A DNA stretch of 62,270 nucleotides from Candidatus Omnitrophota bacterium (GCA_028718225.1 JAQUMI010000003.1:1-62270); one strand, 5' to 3'; counted from the stretch's first letter, positions 1 to 8,695 are shown. Notes: generated from the sequence alone by a model not told the origin. Program-made: numbers and translations.

Positions 1-403
1 GGCGCGAAAGGGTCAGGCTCAAATCAATGGCCAGGCGCGGGATCTTATTAATTACCGCATTAAATGCTTCTTTATCGATAACCAGGATCAGGCAATCATT
101 GGTGGCCTGGGCCGTTACCGAATGCGGTTCATTCGTTAATAGGGAAATTATCCCGAAATATTTGCCACGGTGCAGGTACTCTAAGGTTGTTTGGTTACCC
201 TGGCTATCCTGGACGTAAGTTACTACCCTGCCTGAGCCTAAACAGTAGAAACCACTGGGGCCAGAACCTTCCTTATAAATAATATCGCCTTTTTTAAAGG
301 GTAAGACGCTGGAATTTTCCCGGATAATCGCGCGTTCTTTCGGCGATAAATCGCTGAAAAGAGGAAATTCCTGAATGATTAAATTTTTATCCAGCCCTTC
401 CAT
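1..403 (-). CDS. cyclic nucleotide-binding (Crp/FNR-type) domain protein, 3' end cut by window edge
   Basis: Absent from the ORF track because it runs off the edge. Manual translation from ATG at 403-401 gives MEGLDKNLIIQEFPLFSDLSPKERAIIRENSSVLPFKKGDIIYKEGSGPSGFYCLGSGRVVTY...GKYFGIISLLTNEPHSVTAQATNDCLILVIDKEAF, a typical cNMP-binding beta-roll pattern. Confidence 0.6.
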   Translation of the reverse strand, partial: MEGLDKNLIIQEFPLFSDLSPKERAIIRENSSVLPFKKGDIIYKEGSGPSGFYCLGSGRVVTYVQDSQGNQTTLEYLHRGKYFGIISLLTNEPHSVTAQATNDCLILVIDKEAFNAVINKIPRLAIDLSLTLSR

Positions 404-405
404 AG

Positions 406-1593
406 CTATAACCTATTAGTTAAGCAAACCTCGGAGAATTTCCGGGCACTTTCCCTGATTGTGCGTTGGTAAGTATGATAGTCTACCTCAATCAGGCCAA
501 AGCGCGGCCCAAAACCCTTGTCCCATTCAAAATTGTCCAGCAGCGACCAGTATACATAGCCTAAAACTTTCACCCCCTTCTGCATTGCCCGGTTTAGGCT
601 CTCAAGGTGTTCTTTGATATAATCCCATCTTAAAGAATCATTATCGGTACAGATACCGTTCTCCAGAATAAAAACAGGTAAATTATAATTTTTAAGGTCC
701 ATCAGTAAATCGTAAAGGCCTTGTGGGTATATATCCCAACCCATGGAATTCTTTCTTAAAACGCCGGGCTCAGCCTTACGGCTGCCTTTGCCGACCCAGC
801 TGGGACTATAATAATTCATCCCGATAAAGTCAATCGCCTGATGCGCGATTAATTTTTCTATGAATTCAAGGTTGTAAAACTTATGTTTTAAATAAACGGC
901 GATTTTATTCGCCAAAGACGGCAGCCGCGGGATAAATGCCTGCATATTCTGGGCGATACTGATCTTAGGATAGGATAAATTATTTTTTTTATAGATATCG
1001 CGGATCAAATGGTAGGTCTGAATGTGGGCATTAACCAAATTACGCGTTACCTGCCTGGCCCTAAAAAAAGACTTGCCCTGCGGCGGCCATAACCCCAACA
1101 GATAAGAATGGTACGCGTAGACATTCGGTTCATTGATAGTCACCCAGAAAGGCACCTCGCCGGCTAAGACGCTGACAACCTTCTCGACATAACGCAAAAA
1201 ATATTTATCCGCTCTCCTATTGCGCCAGGCTCCGATTTTGGCAAACCAAATCGGGTTAGTGAAATGGTGCAGGGTTACTATGGGCCTAAGCCCGCGCTCT
1301 TTCAGGGCCAGAATCACTCTGCGGTAATGCTCAAGTTCCTCTCCGGAAAATTTACCTTCTGCGGGCTCAACGCGGGCCCATTCAATCGAGAGGCGGTGGC
1401 AATTATGATTTAATCCTTTGGCCAGGTCAAAATCTTGGGCGTAAAACTCATAATGCCGGCAGGCCAGGCCGGAGAGGTATTTAAGGGAAATGCGCTTTTC
1501 CCACTCCCACCAGTCGCTGAACATATTATTACCTTCAACCTGATAGGCGGAGGTAGCCGCGCCCCAGAGGAATTCTTTAGGGAATTCAATCAT
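406..1593 (-). CDS. glycoside hydrolase family 1 beta-glucosidase/beta-galactosidase (short form)
   Basis: N-terminal FLWGAATSAYQVEG. Acid/base motif TINEPNVYA and nucleophile motif ILENGICT. Confidence 0.85.
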   Translation of the reverse strand: MIEFPKEFLWGAATSAYQVEGNNMFSDWWEWEKRISLKYLSGLACRHYEFYAQDFDLAKGLNHNCHRLSIEWARVEPAEGKFSGEELEHYRRVILALKERGLRPIVTLHHFTNPIWFAKIGAWRNRRADKYFLRYVEKVVSVLAGEVPFWVTINEPNVYAYHSYLLGLWPPQGKSFFRARQVTRNLVNAHIQTYHLIRDIYKKNNLSYPKISIAQNMQAFIPRLPSLANKIAVYLKHKFYNLEFIEKLIAHQAIDFIGMNYYSPSWVGKGSRKAEPGVLRKNSMGWDIYPQGLYDLLMDLKNYNLPVFILENGICTDNDSLRWDYIKEHLESLNRAMQKGVKVLGYVYWSLLDNFEWDKGFGPRFGLIEVDYHTYQRTIRESARKFSEVCLTNRL

Positions 1594-1609
1594 TGCGCTT
1601 TTTATTATA

Positions 1610-1653
1610 ACACCAAAAACAAGAAAGTCCCGACAAAAAATGCCGGGACTTTC
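1610..1653 (-). terminator. rho-independent terminator after the PG-binding lipoprotein gene
   Basis: Perfect 10-bp stem GAAAGTCCCG (1623-1632) / CGGGACTTTC (1644-1653) with an 11-nt loop, followed on the minus strand by TTGTTTTTGG. Confidence 0.55.
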
Positions 1654-1675
1654 TGTTATTTAATACTGGTTAAAT

Positions 1676-2113
1676 CTATCTGGCTTGGGGCGGGTTTTCC
1701 GGATTAAGATATCTATTTAACACGTTCCAGGTTTTCGGTCCGACCTTGGCGTCGGCTGTTAAACCGTTGGCTTTTTGGAATTCGACGATTGCTTTCTTGG
1801 TTTTGGGGCCGATCTTACCGTCTATTGCTCCGGTATAAAAATTCGCGTTTTTAAGCGCTGTCTGAATTTCTACAGGCGTAGGTTTATACGGCCCGGCCGG
1901 AGGTAATGCTTCCAATTTTGCCCCTCTCACAACAATAGGAGTACCCACTTCCACTTTAGCTTCGGGCGCTTTTACTTCCGGTGCCTGCATGGTTGTAAGC
2001 GTTTCCATGGATATCGGTTGTTGCATCTCTTCTAAAGTCTGCTGTTTTTTACCGCATCCGAGAACTGCAGTTGCTGTTATGAAAGCTATAATGATAAATA
2101 CCAGGCTCTTCAT
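1676..2113 (-). CDS. lipoprotein with C-terminal peptidoglycan-binding (PG_binding_1-like) domain
   Basis: Start moved to MKSLVFIII..., which is preceded by GGAGGTG. Lipobox LGCG. C-terminal FYTGAIDGKIGPKTKKAIVEFQKANGLTADAKVGPKTW matches the PG-binding repeat. Confidence 0.6.
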   Translation of the reverse strand: MKSLVFIIIAFITATAVLGCGKKQQTLEEMQQPISMETLTTMQAPEVKAPEAKVEVGTPIVVRGAKLEALPPAGPYKPTPVEIQTALKNANFYTGAIDGKIGPKTKKAIVEFQKANGLTADAKVGPKTWNVLNRYLNPENPPQAR

Positions 2114-2154
2114 TTCTTCACCTCCTTGGGGTCTGATTAATTTTAACAAATTAT

Positions 2155-2179
2155 TTTAAAAAAGCAACTAAAATTGCTT
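2155..2179 (-). terminator. weak AT-rich hairpin plus T-run at the end of the hydrogenase operon
   Basis: AAGCAA (2162-2167) / TTGCTT (2174-2179) with a 6-nt loop, followed on the minus strand by a T-run. Confidence 0.35.
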
Positions 2180-2187
2180 AAGTTCTT

Positions 2188-2802
2188 TCAGGATTTGATT
2201 ACGGCCTCCCGCCGGCAGCGCGGGCAAAGAACCTTTAGGCGTGTAGAACGGTTAAATGCAGCGGCCTTGCCAGCGGGATTAATTTTTTCTTTTAAAGCCA
2301 ACCCTATGCTCCTTAAATAAAACAAAAGCAGGGAAGCATTGGTAAAAACCAACGTCCCTAACCTTTTAGCCACCCATACGTATTGATCATAAGGCACGAC
2401 CGGCTCACCGCAACACTCGCAAAGCACCAGCTCCTTTTCTATCGTCTGTTTTAAATCCTCTCTTTTTGCGGTAGTCGCCAGGTCAAATTCCCGCGAGAGC
2501 ATAATACCTTTAGCCGTCAGGCAATTCGCTTCGCACTGGCCGCAGAATATGCAGATATCCCAGTGGATAGTTAACTTCCTCCTGGCTCTTCCGCCCTCTA
2601 TCTCATCGTTAAACTCTATGGCTTTTGCCGGGCAAACCTGGGCGCAAGCAGCGCAACCCGTGCAATCTTCTTCATGAAAATAGGGCCGGCCGCGGAAACG
2701 TTCATACGGTTCATGCGCCCTGCGCGGAAAATCGCGGGTGTAAGCAGGGCTAAACAACGACTTTAACGCTTCTTTTAATTCCCGTAATTTTGGTCTGCGC
2801 AT
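2188..2802 (-). CDS. group-4 hydrogenase 2x[4Fe-4S] ferredoxin subunit (EchF/NuoI/HycF-like) with Cys-rich C-terminal extension
   Basis: CTGCAACAQVCP and CIFCGQCEANC cluster motifs. Extra CECCG...CPRC in the C-terminal ~100 aa. Confidence 0.75.
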   Translation of the reverse strand: MRRPKLRELKEALKSLFSPAYTRDFPRRAHEPYERFRGRPYFHEEDCTGCAACAQVCPAKAIEFNDEIEGGRARRKLTIHWDICIFCGQCEANCLTAKGIMLSREFDLATTAKREDLKQTIEKELVLCECCGEPVVPYDQYVWVAKRLGTLVFTNASLLLFYLRSIGLALKEKINPAGKAAAFNRSTRLKVLCPRCRREAVIKS

Positions 2803-2808
2803 ATTTTT

Positions 2809-4566
2809 TTATCTTTTAGGCTTAAAAATCCACTTTAAGGAAAAAATAAAACCCAAACTCTTCAGGATTCCGCTCAAGATGTTATAAATATCCCATTTTT
2901 CAGACCTTAAGAAACGGTAGGCCCCGCGTAATAAAGGGAGCTTTTCTATTGTTTTATAAAATTCCGTAGCCGGGAAATCCGGATAAGCGTAAGCAGTTTC
3001 TCCGCCGGTAAAAAAGTTGTCCTGCCTTGCCTTCTTGACTGCCATAACCCGCCATAATAATAAACCCAATAATAGCGCTGCCGCTATAAATAACGCGACA
3101 AAACCGCTGTTCCACTTGCCGCCGTATTCTAAAACGAATGAAAAAGAAGGAGCGAGGGCATCCCGGATAAAGATATTGGAAAATATACCAAGGATAATGC
3201 AGAGCCCGGAGAGGACCAACAAGGGAGTAAGCATCCTCCAGGAAGTTTCCTTTAATGGCTTCTTAAGATTATTATCCTGGCCCAGGAAGATAGCGTGAAT
3301 AAATTTTATAAAACTGGCCAGGGTCAAGGCGCTGCCGAACATCGCCGCGATTAAAGCGAACATATAAACAAAACGCAGTAAAATTCCACCGGATGAAACC
3401 AGGCCTAAAAGCGCAGCCTGGTAAATCATCCACTTAGAAGCAAAACCATTCAAAGGGGGGATGCCGGAGATGGACAAGGCTAAAATCAGGCCGCTGGCAA
3501 AAGTAAGCGGCATATAGCGGGCCAAGCCCCCTAATTTATCCAATTCAAAAGTCCCTTTCTGTTTCTCTACTGCCCCGCCAACCAGAAAAAGCCCGTTTTT
3601 ATATACGGCATTATTAAACATATGGAATATTGCGCCGATTATTCCTATCGGATTTGCCGTGCCTAGACCTAAAACCATATACCCTGCCTGGCTTATGGCG
3701 TGGTAAGCCAGCAGCTTCCTTAAATCATGCTGCGTAAGCGCCATCATCACCGCAAAAATAATGGTCAGGCTGCCGATAATCAGTAAAAGCGCGATGATAA
3801 AACTGTTTAAAATAAAGAAATCTAAACAAATCCGCGATAAGATGTAAACCCCGAGCAGCTTATCCAGAGACGCCGGTAATATGGCCATTACCGTAACCGG
3901 CGCGCTTTCGCTGGCCGTAGGAATCCAGGTATGGAAAGGGGCTGACCCCAGCTTAGCCAGGCCGCCGATGAGCATAAGGCTAAACACCATCCAGCAAACC
4001 GGCCGGTTTAAGACCATGCTCGTTCCACCGGACATGCTAAAGGAACCTCTAAACAGGCAATAAATATATGTACCGATGATAAAACAGATGCAGGAAAAAC
4101 CCAGGATAGTCGCGGCTTTTCTGGCGCTGAATTTTGAACCTAAACTAAGCAAGGCATAAAGCATAAATATTGAACCAACCCAGGAGAATATAAAGACAAC
4201 AAAATCTGCCGCCAATATCTCCAGGTTAGAGAAGGCTAGCAACCCAAGGAGCCAGGAAAAATAATTGCGCTTTGCGGCCATATAATCCTTGGAATAAAGA
4301 CAGACTAATACGCCAAAAAAATTGGCAAAAATAAGTACCAGGCGGCTTAAGCGGTCCAGCCCGAGCGTAAGCGTATATCCGCTAAAAAGCTGCCTGTTCC
4401 AGGAAAATTGGGGCCGGGAAAATAAAAATATAGCGGCGCACAGGCTAAGCAGGAATATAACCAGGCTTATGTTTTTTTTGAGGCTCTCCTGTTGCCTGAA
4501 GAAAAATAAAACTAAGCCTCCAAGGAGGGGCAGTGTAAAAAGAAAAAACAAGCTCGTATTCATCAT
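2809..4566 (-). CDS. antiporter-like membrane subunit (EchA/NuoL/HyfB/MbhH-like)
   Basis: 585-aa polytopic protein with NuoL/Mrp-type patterns (GSAPFHTWIP, HAISQAGYM). Start overlaps the upstream stop in an ATGA overlap. Confidence 0.8.
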   Translation of the reverse strand: MMNTSLFFLFTLPLLGGLVLFFFRQQESLKKNISLVIFLLSLCAAIFLFSRPQFSWNRQLFSGYTLTLGLDRLSRLVLIFANFFGVLVCLYSKDYMAAKRNYFSWLLGLLAFSNLEILAADFVVFIFSWVGSIFMLYALLSLGSKFSARKAATILGFSCICFIIGTYIYCLFRGSFSMSGGTSMVLNRPVCWMVFSLMLIGGLAKLGSAPFHTWIPTASESAPVTVMAILPASLDKLLGVYILSRICLDFFILNSFIIALLLIIGSLTIIFAVMMALTQHDLRKLLAYHAISQAGYMVLGLGTANPIGIIGAIFHMFNNAVYKNGLFLVGGAVEKQKGTFELDKLGGLARYMPLTFASGLILALSISGIPPLNGFASKWMIYQAALLGLVSSGGILLRFVYMFALIAAMFGSALTLASFIKFIHAIFLGQDNNLKKPLKETSWRMLTPLLVLSGLCIILGIFSNIFIRDALAPSFSFVLEYGGKWNSGFVALFIAAALLLGLLLWRVMAVKKARQDNFFTGGETAYAYPDFPATEFYKTIEKLPLLRGAYRFLRSEKWDIYNILSGILKSLGFIFSLKWIFKPKR

Positions 4567-5180
4567 TTTATCTGAAGCAGGCTTTTAGCTATTTTTTTTA
4601 TATGGTAATAAACCGCGGCGGTAAAATCCAGCATGTTCAAAAACATATTACAGCCCATAGGCGTACATTCTCCGGCGAGCATCCGCTGGTCGTGGTTATG
4701 GCGGTATTTATCCACTAGACTATCAATATGCTCCTCTTTCCTTAAGACTTCCTTGATTAGAGCGGGATTATCCTTTTCTAAAACAAAGACAACCTCTTCT
4801 AAGGCCTCCTTGGTTTTGCTGTAAAGATCTTTATATTCTTCCACAGCTCCTTCACTAAAAAGAAGCTTTTCTTCTATTTTGATCTGGATCCTCTCCAGAA
4901 TATCTTTGCAATAATCTCCGATTAACTCAAAATCCGCGGCTATGTCAGCATAGACGATAACCCGTAATTTTTCCTTTTGCGGCGCATCAGCATGCCCCAA
5001 GTCAATTACGCTCTGATTGATTTCATCTTCCAGGGCATTTAATTTGCTTTCCTCTTCCAGGGCTTTAGAGATCAGCTCCACGTCGTGCTCAATAAAGGCA
5101 TCGTAAGTAAGCTTCCACATACTGGTAGCGCTCTGGGCCATCTGGTTGACTTTTTCCTTAATACTATTCAGGTCTGCCAT
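4563..5180 (-). CDS. PhoU-domain-like protein embedded in the hydrogenase operon
   Basis: All-helical 205-aa protein. FELIGDYCKDILERI resembles the PhoU ERIGDhatNI helix, with ELIGD matching E/DxxxD. The C-terminal half resembles the PhoU-like tail of Na/Pi cotransporters. Overlaps both neighbours (17 nt and 4 nt). Confidence 0.5.
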   Translation of the reverse strand: MADLNSIKEKVNQMAQSATSMWKLTYDAFIEHDVELISKALEEESKLNALEDEINQSVIDLGHADAPQKEKLRVIVYADIAADFELIGDYCKDILERIQIKIEEKLLFSEGAVEEYKDLYSKTKEALEEVVFVLEKDNPALIKEVLRKEEHIDSLVDKYRHNHDQRMLAGECTPMGCNMFLNMLDFTAAVYYHIKKIAKSLLQIK

Positions 5181-6372
5181 AGTAACCCTCCTTTAGCTTA
5201 AGGGTCTTCTCCTGGGATAGTTTAATCAAATCCCAGCCATTCATGACTCTACGCTTATCTATCTTATTAATCACCGCTACTCTCTCCGTGCAGCAATAAC
5301 AGGGATCAACCGCCGCCAGGGTAAGGGTCGCGTCGGAAATCGTACCCCCCACAGCAGAAACTTTATCCGACGCTACATTCATAAAACTCGGAGAACGGAT
5401 CTTATGCCGAACTGGGCGGTTTGTCCCATCACTCTTTAGGTAGTGAAAACACTCCCCTCTGGGCGCTTCGACCCTGCCGATGCCTTCTCCGGCAGGTATA
5501 TCTTTGACCCCGGCATCAATCGGCCCGTCTTTAGGCATCTTATTCAAAGATTGGCGAATAATGCTGATGCTTTCGTATAGTTCCAGGATCCTGACTATCG
5601 TCTTACAAAATATATCCCCGTCTTTCTCCAGGATCACCTTCCAATCCAGCCTGTCTGATACACCATAAGGTTCATCCCGGCGTATATCCATGTTTACGCC
5701 TGAGGCGCGGGCAGTCGGTCCCACAACACACCAGTCAACTACCTGCTGACGGGTTAAAATACCCACGCCCTTTAACCTCATTTTGATTACCGGATCATCC
5801 ATAATCGCGCCGCGGAATAAATCTATCCCCGGCCTTAATTCGTCCAGCGTCTTTTTTAATACCGGTATATCTTCGTCTTTTAGGTCGCGCCTCACACCGC
5901 CGACCTTAAACATAGCGTAATTATTCCGGTTTCCGGTAACCATCTCAAACATATCCAGTACCGGTTCGCGGTATTTCCAGGCCCACATCCAAACCGTATT
6001 ATAACCGATAAAATGCCCGGCCAAGCCCAGCCAAAGAAGATGGCTATGTATCCTCTGCAGTTCATCAATGATTGTGCGGATATACAACGCTCTCTCCGGG
6101 ACAATATTCGCTTCTCCCCCGAGGATATTTTCCACGGCTAAACAATAGGCGTAAGGATGGCTGGATGAACAGATACCGCAGATACGTTCAACCAAGAACG
6201 GCACCTGGTCAAAATGCTTGGATTCAGAAAGTTTTTCTATGCCGCGGTGGTTATAACCGATAATGATATCTATATCAACCACCTTTTCGCCTTCAACATA
6301 AAGCTGGAAATATTCCGGTTCTTCCTGTAAAGGGTGGTAGGGGCCTATAGGTACGATAATTTTATGGCTCAT
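5164..6372 (-). CDS. group-4 [NiFe]-hydrogenase catalytic large subunit (EchE/MbhL/HycE/NuoD-like)
   Basis: N-terminal Ni-Fe ligand motif RICGICSSSH and C-terminal DPCYCCTER, followed by a 38-aa tail. Confidence 0.9.
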   Translation of the reverse strand: MSHKIIVPIGPYHPLQEEPEYFQLYVEGEKVVDIDIIIGYNHRGIEKLSESKHFDQVPFLVERICGICSSSHPYAYCLAVENILGGEANIVPERALYIRTIIDELQRIHSHLLWLGLAGHFIGYNTVWMWAWKYREPVLDMFEMVTGNRNNYAMFKVGGVRRDLKDEDIPVLKKTLDELRPGIDLFRGAIMDDPVIKMRLKGVGILTRQQVVDWCVVGPTARASGVNMDIRRDEPYGVSDRLDWKVILEKDGDIFCKTIVRILELYESISIIRQSLNKMPKDGPIDAGVKDIPAGEGIGRVEAPRGECFHYLKSDGTNRPVRHKIRSPSFMNVASDKVSAVGGTISDATLTLAAVDPCYCCTERVAVINKIDKRRVMNGWDLIKLSQEKTLKLKEGYYGRPE

Positions 6373-6797
6373 TTTTTGTTCCTTAAAGGATAATCGCTTT
6401 CCGGCCAGTCTTCGTTAAGCAGGAGTTTCTTTAAATTCGGATGCCCCTTAAAATTAATCCCCAGCATCTCCCAAGACTCGCGCTCGATCCACTCGGCTGC
6501 CGGAAAGAGTGGAGTAATAGATTGAATTTCGGGCTTAAGCTTATCATTCAGCGTAACGCGCACGGAATAAATTTCGCCGGCCGGATCATTACTAAAATGG
6601 TAAATAACCTCAAAATAGTCCGGCATATCTGTAGCCGAAATCGTAATAAACCTCAGCTCTAAGCTCCTGAATAATACTTGCGTTACTTCAAGAATATCTT
6701 TTTTATCTATGCTAAAGTAGACCCTTTTTATGTATTTCTCCTGCCAGTCTTTTATTTTATCCCGCAGGCTTTCTTTTATTCTATCCCGCATATCCAT
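6369..6797 (-). CDS. NuoC/EchD/MbhK-like 30-kDa-type subunit
   Basis: Start moved to MDMRDRIKE..., because the longer ORF would overlap the small-subunit gene. PLFPAAEWIERESWEMLGINFKGHP is the NuoC signature region. Confidence 0.7.
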   Translation of the reverse strand: MDMRDRIKESLRDKIKDWQEKYIKRVYFSIDKKDILEVTQVLFRSLELRFITISATDMPDYFEVIYHFSNDPAGEIYSVRVTLNDKLKPEIQSITPLFPAAEWIERESWEMLGINFKGHPNLKKLLLNEDWPESDYPLRNKK

Positions 6798-6801
6798 AAG
6801 C

Positions 6802-7227
6802 TTACTTACCTTTCTTGATTTTATCCAGAGCCTTGACAATACCGGCGATGATTGCTTCGGGCTTAGGCGGGCAGCCCGGAATATAGACATCCACCGGTAA
6901 TATTTTATCCAAGGGCTCAGCGACGTTATAACTATATTTGAACATATGCTGCGAACAGGCGCAGGTACCGCAGGCAACGACCACGCAAGGCTTAGGTACC
7001 TGTTCATAAACCTTTTTCATTCTCAAAACAGCTTTTTTATTCATTGCCCCGGTAATTAAGAGCGCGTCCGCATGGCGGGCTGAGCCAATAAGTTGTACGC
7101 CAAAACGCTCCAGGTCAAACCTGGGAGTAAAACAATCCAGCGTTTCAATATCGCAGTTATTGCAGGAGCCCACGCTCATATGAAATACCCAGATTGATTT
7201 AGTGAACGCTTTTTTTATTATATCCAT
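6802..7227 (-). CDS. group-4 hydrogenase small subunit (EchC/MbhJ/NuoB-like)
   Basis: Four Cys of the proximal cluster: GSCNNCDIE, GTCACS, IPGCPPKPE. Confidence 0.85.
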   Translation of the reverse strand: MDIIKKAFTKSIWVFHMSVGSCNNCDIETLDCFTPRFDLERFGVQLIGSARHADALLITGAMNKKAVLRMKKVYEQVPKPCVVVACGTCACSQHMFKYSYNVAEPLDKILPVDVYIPGCPPKPEAIIAGIVKALDKIKKGK

Positions 7228-7228
7228 A

Positions 7229-8140
7229 CTATAATCCCAATAATGCTAATATAACCGCTATTACCCCTAACAACGTCGGGATCCTCCAAAAGAACTTTAA
7301 GGCCTGGTCAATGCGTAGGCGCGGGTTGGTATTTTTAATCAAAATGATTATGGCCAACAACATCAGGTATTTAGCGATTAAAAATAACGGACTTAAAGAA
7401 CAGCCCAAAAATAGGACGATGATAAAGAGCGGCAGGGCATAAAACATTACCGCCTTGGTCAATTTAAATACGGCTAGGGGCAAACCCGAATATTCAATCA
7501 GGGTTCCAGACATAATCTCCTGATCGGCCTCGGCGATATCAAAGAGCCCGATGCCTAACTTTGCCTGTATACAGAATAGGGCGACGAGAAAACTTAAAGA
7601 ACCGGAAAAAGAAAAAATATTTGAGCCGAAAAATAACTGCTGCCGGATTATCTGACCCAGCTGTATTGCGCCGTTGCTCCTGATAATGATGGTAATTATC
7701 GCCAGGATAAAAGGAAGCTCATACGCCAAAACCAGCTTCATCTCCCGCGCCGCTCCCAATGAAGCCAGCGGATTCCTGGAGGCCGAAGCGCCGATCATTA
7801 AAGCCAGCGCAGGGACGGTTAGAAGATAAAAGAGTACGAGCAAATCTCCGCTAAAGCTATCTAAAGGTGCAATTATACTCCTGCCTAAATAAGTAGCGGC
7901 TAATACCGCGCTGATTAAGCCAATGTACGGCGAGAACAAAAATGTGTACCTGGCGCCTGCGGGGATAATGGTTTCTTTGCCTAATAATTTTATTAGATCG
8001 GTAAAATTCTGGTGCCAGGGAGGGCCGATGCGCCACTGCAGCCGCGCAGTAATCTTCCTGTCAACCCAGCCGGCTAAAAGTCCGATTACGGCACTGAATA
8101 AAAATCCCGGAAATATCAGACAATAAAAAATTTGTTTCAT
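7229..8140 (-). CDS. NuoH/EchB/HycD-like membrane subunit
   Basis: Start moved to MKQIFYCL... (ATGA overlap with the upstream stop). Polytopic, with RKITARLQWRIGP typical of the NuoH family. Confidence 0.8.
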   Translation of the reverse strand: MKQIFYCLIFPGFLFSAVIGLLAGWVDRKITARLQWRIGPPWHQNFTDLIKLLGKETIIPAGARYTFLFSPYIGLISAVLAATYLGRSIIAPLDSFSGDLLVLFYLLTVPALALMIGASASRNPLASLGAAREMKLVLAYELPFILAIITIIIRSNGAIQLGQIIRQQLFFGSNIFSFSGSLSFLVALFCIQAKLGIGLFDIAEADQEIMSGTLIEYSGLPLAVFKLTKAVMFYALPLFIIVLFLGCSLSPLFLIAKYLMLLAIIILIKNTNPRLRIDQALKFFWRIPTLLGVIAVILALLGL

Positions 8141-8631
8141 CTTTTCCTCGGCGGCTGAACATCTTCCCTGGACCATCTGCATGAATGTACCGCCAGATGT
8201 TCACCTACAAAATAAATATCCTTTTCCAGGCTTTCCTCCACTTCTCTAATCTCAATGGCTTTTTCGGGACAACTGCTTATACACCTAGGAAGCTGCGTGC
8301 TCCTGCCTACACAATAATCGCAGGCTGAATCAAGATAAGGAATAAAATCCTGAAAGATGATCCCGAACGGGCAGGCCACGGAACAGGATTTACAACTCGT
8401 ACAGAGCATTTTGTGGCGCCGGATATGCCCGTCACTGGCACGTTCCAGGGCATTATGGTAACAAGAATCCACGCAAGGCGCTTCTTCGCAATGCCGGCAG
8501 ATAGTGGCAAAAGTCGCGTATTCACGTAAAGAGGTAATCCCGTTATTCTGCGGATGATAAAAATAATCGCAGGCAACGCGGCATTCCTTGCATTTATTAC
8601 AGATATCTAAATCTATAAATAATCTTTTCAT
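8137..8631 (-). CDS. HycB/HydN/DmsB-type polyferredoxin (four [4Fe-4S] motifs)
   Basis: CNKCKECRVAC, CRHCEEAPCVDSC, CTSCKSCSVACP, CDYC...CISSCP. Confidence 0.75.
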   Translation of the reverse strand: MKRLFIDLDICNKCKECRVACDYFYHPQNNGITSLREYATFATICRHCEEAPCVDSCYHNALERASDGHIRRHKMLCTSCKSCSVACPFGIIFQDFIPYLDSACDYCVGRSTQLPRCISSCPEKAIEIREVEESLEKDIYFVGEHLAVHSCRWSREDVQPPRKR

Positions 8632-8642
8632 CCTCTTATTGC

Positions 8643-8695
8643 CACGCTGGCTGATCTAAAGCGGACACAGTGTCCGCTTTGGCTGAGGCAGCGTG
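8643..8695 (-). other. nested perfect inverted repeat (intercistronic hairpin) between asrB-like and hycB-like genes
   Basis: Inner arms AAAGCGGACAC (8658-8668) / GTGTCCGCTTT (8670-8680) with 1 nt between them. Outer arms CACGCTG (8643-8649) / CAGCGTG (8689-8695). Confidence 0.5.

Noticed and set aside
27-218. 63-aa plus-strand ORF at the window start.
   Set aside because: It lies opposite a well-formed cNMP-binding-domain frame that starts at 403 and runs off the edge.
6798-7007. N-terminal extensions of listed ORFs: 6369-7007, 7229-8182, 21152-22069, 15467-15757, 14246-15349, 31044-31502, 55024-55317, 1676-2149 and 39691-39948.
   Set aside because: The extended parts overlap the preceding gene or lack family similarity. 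Internal Met codons with good SDs, or ATGA coupling, give products that start where the homologous families start.
8307-8576. 89-aa ORF nested in the hycB-like gene (same strand, other frame), along with similar nested ORFs at 5892-6104, 15240-15431, 20597-20845, 40561-40773, 43580-43783, 47753-47947, 50359-50592, 56597-56866, 57200-57430 and 57564-57794.
   Set aside because: These are alternative frames inside confidently assigned genes, with no independent signals.
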